Below the pieces are notes generated by a model that was not told the DNA's origin, did not search any database, and was given only the letters and a program-made list of their open reading frames with translations. A stretch of DNA of 64,000 nucleotides from Thermoproteota archaeon (lineage in GTDB: Archaea > Thermoproteota > Thermoprotei > Thermofilales > B9-G17), in contig JAPDJW010000002.1 of the NCBI GenBank assembly GCA_029258885.1, positions 448,001 through 512,000 of the forward strand, read 5' to 3'. The translations under genes and the position numbers were made by a program. Positions 59,801 through 64,000 of the stretch are shown one piece after another (position 1 is the first letter of the stretch; each line of letters opens with the position of its first letter).

Positions 59801-61860
59801 AAACACGCTCCGGAATTATTCTCTGGGGCTCCTTTAACGTAACAATTGAAGACACTTCAATGGAGTGGGCGGGATCGGCAGGCGTGAATGAATACGGTTT
59901 ACTGCTAGCTTCTTCCTCGAATATACACTTATGTAACGTAAGTCTCAATGGCAGGAGCCTAGATATTATGGGAACAACTCTTCAGGACTACGCTTCCCAC
60001 ACGATTAAAGCATCCAGTGTAAACGGTAAACCACTTCTCTACATAGTCAACTCCACGAGCATAAATATAGGCCAGGATGTAGGCGAGCTTATAATAGTGA
60101 ATAGCAGCAGCGTTGAAGCCAGCAACCTAGAAATATCCAACGTAACCACAGGCGTAATTATAGCGTTTTCAAGTAATGTCGAGATACGCGATTTAGTCAT
60201 AGAGGCTAGCATCGTTGGATTAGACCTGGCCTATTCAAGTCACGTTACCCTAAGGAACTTGAACTTCACTTCAACGGGTATAGTCATCAGGGGCAGTATA
60301 GAACAGCACTTCAATTCCCATACAATCACCAGCTGTAGAGCGGAAGGTCGCCCAATAGCCTACATCGCTAATGCTAGGGATGTAGCCCTAGGACAGGAAT
60401 ACGGACAGGTAATAGTAGCTAGCTCCGACAACGTTACTGTAGGACCATTAAACATACGGAGCCCAAGGCCTGTTGTCGTCGAAATAGCCTACTCGAGGAG
60501 GATTATAGTTAAGGGAATATACTACACCTACCTCAGCGCATATCCAGCAATATGGATAACAAACTCACAGGAGTTACTCATATCAAACAATACCGTTCCA
60601 AGCCTGAAAGTAGAGTATACAACACGGCTTTTCCTAGCCGGAAGCACGATAAGCTACTGCGAGATTGAGTCTATGAAAAACGCCACCATGATGTTCAATA
60701 CCATAGATATACTATCCATAGCAAACTCCTCAACCGTCATAATATATCTCAACACATTCACTTCGATGGTTAGCTGCGTAAACTGCCAGAGCACGTACTT
60801 CTACTCTCCGGCACCACTAAACTACACATATATTGGTGAAGAGTATACTGGTAGCCTTGGGAACCACTATACATGGTATTCAGGCAACGATACAGATAAT
60901 AACGGCGTGATAGATGCACCCTACGCTGGAGACGGTTTCACTGATAAATATCCATTAGTCAGGTCGCATACCTACTACGGGGTCGATGAGCCAACGTTTA
61001 TGATAGTAGAGTATCCTGAGACAACAGCGTTGCCATTAGGCATAAATGTAACGGGATATGATATTATAGTACATTTGCTTTACGCTAGAAATGCTACAGG
61101 AGTTCCAAACGCAAGAATAGTATTGTATGATGAAGGAGAAAATGTTCTACTAGCAGAGAATATAACCGATGTAAACGGCTACGTAGTATTTACGCTACAG
61201 GCGGAAGAGGAAACCACTAAAATGTTCAACGTAACATTCCCAGGTAAACCAGGATTAATGGGTTGTAGCTATGAGTTCACCATTGAAGTGGTGCAACAAA
61301 CCGAGGGAATAACATTCCAGGTATTGAATATAGAGGTAGTAAGCGGAAAAATCAATCTTCACGTCCATGTTCGGGCTTCATCCACGCAGGTTTCAATCTA
61401 TGAGGTAACGCTAGCCGTGGACGATCCAGCCAATACAGTTACGGCATCCTCCACACTATCTGGTGAAGGATCAAACGATGTAGTTGCCAACATAGAATAC
61501 GATCCCTCGAGTTTAAGTGAAGGAGAACATCAGCTATACATAGTTGCTAAGGCGAAAAAGGAGACAGTAAACTATATGGCTTGGAGCGACCCCATAGAGA
61601 CTTATATACATCAATTAGTTAAAAGATACAATCTCATAGCTCTAGTCAAACCGCTGCAGATAAATGCATCCGATCTATGCCGTATAATCGGAGAGGATGC
61701 AGTAAGCGCGGTGTGGCGCTGGGATACGGACGCACAGGAATTCAGAAGTTATATCCCCGGCGTAAGCGGGCCAGAAGATGACTTTCCAATTAAGCTGGGC
61801 TACGGATACTTCATCTATTTAACAAGACCCTGTGTCCTAGTAGAGGTGGTTAGCCCGTGA
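56842..61860 (+). CDS. secreted gingipain-like peptidase C25 with propeptide, Ig-like domains and a pectin-lyase-like (NosD/CASH) beta-helix
   Basis: Signal peptide; C25 propeptide (PGAPLIP...V.LP...RVYPLKY.P); C25 core YLLIVGD, DWYYA, WAPEMAVGRIP, WFGHGS (His), AMSCL (Cys), LIGDP; then Ig-like and beta-helix repeats. Confidence 0.85.
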   Translation: MRNTYLSMVALLLFIAIFASPIYPQSSNIVLDLSVSDISWENVGNYVRLKIAGVTAKWNVIYTSDHPGAPLIPAVQALVLLPPNKAISAISIEKFNVKEIRLPAKVLPSPPVFPVKPTKYYSTSNVFYNTSIYSSNVPYPSKDVNYIVFRERGVNFVLIRVYPLKYIPANNTVKLYSSIKVTISLISKKLSYSFYDVNILNRITRKAVYSYSQASYGSLQPAAISGGIVVVTRAMFVSTLQPLIELRTRQGYSPIKVVTVENIVSSGIEGRDIPEKIRNYLCNLYIDSGGAYRYLLIVGDTLDRSISPPTSLADLELWEVPARYFYNPDDYSTYTPCDWYYATFDSTWDSDGDGIFGENGQDEADWAPEMAVGRIPVRDTATLQEIVDKILNYDSMEVKSSVFTGAILFYYVEEGDSYGYGAQGDTRAEGLIQWLSGLSDLVAESCIIRLYEHYPADVKITNVTQLNGNLSQSNMESVLANNPSLVVWFGHGSYRSAWRKIWSEDSDQDNMVDEDEVLWDTFVTDASFGLVNKPCLILAMSCLTAIYDSDSLGEAALSNTGGWYLGWDRVTYGVLFSDTTWEINPDNWWYADYYVYRFLANLFNGTQTQTYLDPGWAYLNTAIEFVNRHSMNDEADRRVWMAASLIGDPTQKVYMANMFLELLNQTGLTVFVGESFKIVSRIYVGTLTPSPNTPVELQAYENGVWTTLATSYSDGQGFATFNVAFNMPGNYTLRVVYRGNSSTMPYYSDNLTVYVQESAKIVLGYPRVATVNASFPVRVHLYDSSGKPLNNTRVLLYSETLNTLLGNTTTDEEGFARFEVTISQLGVHEFNITYLVDDSVEGGQKFSVEIVNYQVYYIESLPYTVNSSGLHLIVDNLTFPASGKGILINSTDVVMDGQGFYIKLEAFLPKAPSSLAKPLVPDTYFLAVEGESNVTITNLAVEGGNAAGIYVYNSTQVSLLNLYAKDVTTMAVSSSNDTRIVNCSFVETRSGIILWGSFNVTIEDTSMEWAGSAGVNEYGLLLASSSNIHLCNVSLNGRSLDIMGTTLQDYASHTIKASSVNGKPLLYIVNSTSINIGQDVGELIIVNSSSVEASNLEISNVTTGVIIAFSSNVEIRDLVIEASIVGLDLAYSSHVTLRNLNFTSTGIVIRGSIEQHFNSHTITSCRAEGRPIAYIANARDVALGQEYGQVIVASSDNVTVGPLNIRSPRPVVVEIAYSRRIIVKGIYYTYLSAYPAIWITNSQELLISNNTVPSLKVEYTTRLFLAGSTISYCEIESMKNATMMFNTIDILSIANSSTVIIYLNTFTSMVSCVNCQSTYFYSPAPLNYTYIGEEYTGSLGNHYTWYSGNDTDNNGVIDAPYAGDGFTDKYPLVRSHTYYGVDEPTFMIVEYPETTALPLGINVTGYDIIVHLLYARNATGVPNARIVLYDEGENVLLAENITDVNGYVVFTLQAEEETTKMFNVTFPGKPGLMGCSYEFTIEVVQQTEGITFQVLNIEVVSGKINLHVHVRASSTQVSIYEVTLAVDDPANTVTASSTLSGEGSNDVVANIEYDPSSLSEGEHQLYIVAKAKKETVNYMAWSDPIETYIHQLVKRYNLIALVKPLQINASDLCRIIGEDAVSAVWRWDTDAQEFRSYIPGVSGPEDDFPIKLGYGYFIYLTRPCVLVEVVSP

Positions 61861-63140
61861 GGAGCCAGCTGTTTATCCTAACGGTAGTATTGCTCATGTC
61901 TCTATTTCTTACACCCTCAACTGCGCAAGTTCCAATAACAGTCTATGGTCACGTATATATGCCGGATGGAAGTCCAGCCGTGGGGGCATCGGTAACAGTA
62001 AAGGCTGGAGGATCCACAGGAACTACAACAACGGATTCAAATGGATTCTACAAGGTTGATTTAACAGTCTCAAGTGTCCCTGTATCGGTTACAGTTACTG
62101 CTAAAAAGGGCAATTATCAGGGTAGCGCTAGTAAGAGCAACGTTGAAGGCGCCGTGCAAATAGACGTTAGACTGAAGAAGGTTAAGAGGAGCACAAGCAC
62201 TAGCATTAGTGTTGCTGAGAGCGAATTTTCTCTAAATGAAACTGTCGTAATCAATGGTAGACTTAATCCAGCGATGGTTGCTACGGTCTACGTGTATGTT
62301 ATTGATCCATCTAAAACAACGCATACTTATACTACAACTACTTCAAGCGACGGAAGGTTTTCGATTAATTTCAAAGCCAACATGCTGGGGCAGTGGAAGG
62401 CTTATGCCAGTTTTCCCGGAAACGATGATTATCTACCCTCAACCAGCTCCACCATAGTCTTTTATGTCAGAAGAACTGCAAGTCTAGAAGTTAATGTTGA
62501 AGTAGTTAACGGTAGTATTGTTTTAAAATGTAATTCAACAGAGGATATTACCGCACCATTAGATATCTACGTGAGCATCGATAATGGAACAACATGGATA
62601 AAAGTAGTCTCTCATCAGCTATCCCATGGTTCAGCTGAAATTCCATTAAACTTAACAGTTTATGGCAAGGTTCTCGTTAAGGTATACCTCCACGGCACCG
62701 CTAAATACTCAGCTTTACAACAAATAAAGGAAATATGCATTCCAAGTCCTACAGAGGCAACATTAATCTCAAGAATACATAACCTTACCCAAACAATAGA
62801 GAACTTAAATCAATCTCTAATCTTCTGGAAGTCGAGAGCGCAAGTACTGGAGGAAAACCTAACACAAACCATTGTAGAGTATGAGGAGGTGGTTCAAGAA
62901 CTGGAGCAAATTAAAACAGAGAATATAGAATTAAAGGGACAGATAAGTCAACTACAGGAAGAGAAAAGTTCTCTTCAACAGTCAGTATCAGAGCTATCCG
63001 CCGAGGTCGAAAAGCTTAAAGATGAGGTATCTATGCTTAGACTTTACCTCATGATTGCTGCAGTTATTTCATTAATAGCAGGAGTAGGCATAGGCTACCC
63101 CATAGGCGCTAGGAAGACAAAACCTAAAATCCAAAAATAA
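61857..63140 (+). CDS. membrane-anchored surface protein: CarboxypepD_reg-like and Ig-like domains, about 95-aa coiled coil, C-terminal TM
   Basis: Signal peptide, VYGHV..PDGSPAVGASV...TTDSNGFY, TTSSDGRF...GQW, heptad-rich E/Q/L/K segment, TM plus basic tail. GTGA overlap with the C25 gene. Confidence 0.8.
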   Translation: MRSQLFILTVVLLMSLFLTPSTAQVPITVYGHVYMPDGSPAVGASVTVKAGGSTGTTTTDSNGFYKVDLTVSSVPVSVTVTAKKGNYQGSASKSNVEGAVQIDVRLKKVKRSTSTSISVAESEFSLNETVVINGRLNPAMVATVYVYVIDPSKTTHTYTTTTSSDGRFSINFKANMLGQWKAYASFPGNDDYLPSTSSTIVFYVRRTASLEVNVEVVNGSIVLKCNSTEDITAPLDIYVSIDNGTTWIKVVSHQLSHGSAEIPLNLTVYGKVLVKVYLHGTAKYSALQQIKEICIPSPTEATLISRIHNLTQTIENLNQSLIFWKSRAQVLEENLTQTIVEYEEVVQELEQIKTENIELKGQISQLQEEKSSLQQSVSELSAEVEKLKDEVSMLRLYLMIAAVISLIAGVGIGYPIGARKTKPKIQK

Positions 63141-63558
63141 TTATTTTAATTCCTGCATTTTGAAATTATCAATTTTTCTAAAGTAATAACCATTATACTG
63201 TCTCCCCATTTTAAGCTATATAATAATTATTTTATTTAAGAATGCATGGCTTTAAATATATAATTTAAAGGAAAAGATATGGAAGGTAGAGAGAATGCGT
63301 ATCGGCAATCCCGAAAAATGAGGATAGCATTTGAAACAACAGTTAGTAGCCAAGAATTGAGCCTCCGGGAGAATGATTTCATACCAGATAAAGGACAGGA
63401 GCTAATAGTATTAAGTATGTCCCATCACACTAGTACATGACTAAGATAGCTGAAATACCCCCCTACTCTACATATTAATCGTATTAATTACAACAATAGT
63501 TATTTTAGCGATGGCATTATATGTCAAGAAAAGAGGAAGACGAAAGGTTAAGCCAGCT

Positions 63559-64000
63559 ATGATGAAAATGGGGAAATTCCTATTATTATTACTAGTTATT
63601 TATACTACAACAGTGTTCACTATATATTGTCAGCCAGTGGGCGCTAGGTATGCAGTAGTCTACTACGGTGGCTTATCGTCGAGTGTCGTAGATCTGATAG
63701 TTAACCGTGGATATAAGATACTTATATGTGCAGTAGATAACGTTCCACAAAGGCTAAAAAATGCAGGCGTTAAATGCTTTAAATATCTAGATATCCTTGG
63801 ATTACCCATAGATATGCTTGATCAAGTTAAAAATGAACATCCAGAGTGGATACTATACACGGCGGAGGGTAAGCCAGCCACTTACTGGTTTGGAGAGAAC
63901 TTCATGTGTAACTTAGCGGTAGAGAGCTTCAGAGAATACCTGGTAAATAAGGTTAAAGAGTATCTTAAGAAGGACTTCGATGGAGTATTTCTCGATGACG
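63559..64000 (+). CDS. putative secreted glycoside hydrolase-like TIM barrel (GH114/GHL15-like), truncated by the window edge
   Basis: Manual translation MMKMGKFLLLLLVIY...AVVYYGG...KCFKYLD...HPEWILYTAEG...MCNL...FREYL...DFDGVFLDD. Confidence 0.6.
   Translation, partial: MMKMGKFLLLLLVIYTTTVFTIYCQPVGARYAVVYYGGLSSSVVDLIVNRGYKILICAVDNVPQRLKNAGVKCFKYLDILGLPIDMLDQVKNEHPEWILYTAEGKPATYWFGENFMCNLAVESFREYLVNKVKEYLKKDFDGVFLDD

Noticed and set aside
1257-62457. The many short ORFs antisense to or nested in long genes (e.g. 1257-1553, 1575-2210, 9569-9886, 26899-27441, 37538-37993, 59541-59948)
   Set aside because: They are shadow frames of well-supported genes on the opposite strand or in another frame, with no motifs.
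1-64000. CRISPR arrays, tRNA or rRNA genes, IS transposases
   Set aside because: By-eye scanning found no regularly spaced direct repeats, no cloverleaf with T-loop consensus, no rRNA-length GC-rich block and no DDE/IS200/IS605 motif. Dedicated tools could still find short elements.

Overview
64 kb of archaeal chromosome, most likely TACK/Thermoproteota. The assignment is inferred from an archaeal LeuRS, Taw3, PAC2, RtcB, a single-OB-fold crenarchaeal-type SSB, GGTGA/GAGG Shine-Dalgarno motifs, frequent GTG/TTG starts and gene content typical of a thermophilic anaerobe. Most of the window is housekeeping or metabolic: thyA, tmk, leuS, rtcB, nfo, thioredoxin, tungsten enzymes and uptake (AOR plus ferredoxin subunit, wtpABC, mobB, moaD-like), hypD, and a glycogen/sugar cluster. 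I found no CRISPR array, tRNA, rRNA or intact transposase. Standouts: (1) a luxE-luxC-SDR operon at the left edge, i.e. an acyl-reductase module with both catalytic cysteines retained and no luciferase in view; (2) a 1672-aa secreted gingipain-like (C25) beta-helix protein coupled to a beta-sandwich/coiled-coil/TM stalk protein, an arrangement reminiscent of SlaA/SlaB or tetrabrachion-STABLE; (3) a corrinoid protein with a bacterial-type [2Fe-2S] RACo activator and no adjacent methyltransferase; (4) three loci of candidate C/D-box guide RNAs that the ORF track does not show, with plausible 16S rRNA and tRNA-Lys targets; (5) unusual Zn-finger fusions (DUF72-SWIM, Zn-ribbon-Tmk, phosphatase-Zn-ribbon), an unclassified glycoside-hydrolase-like protein, and a stretch of decayed genes. 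All family assignments come from motif recognition by eye; no database searches were run.
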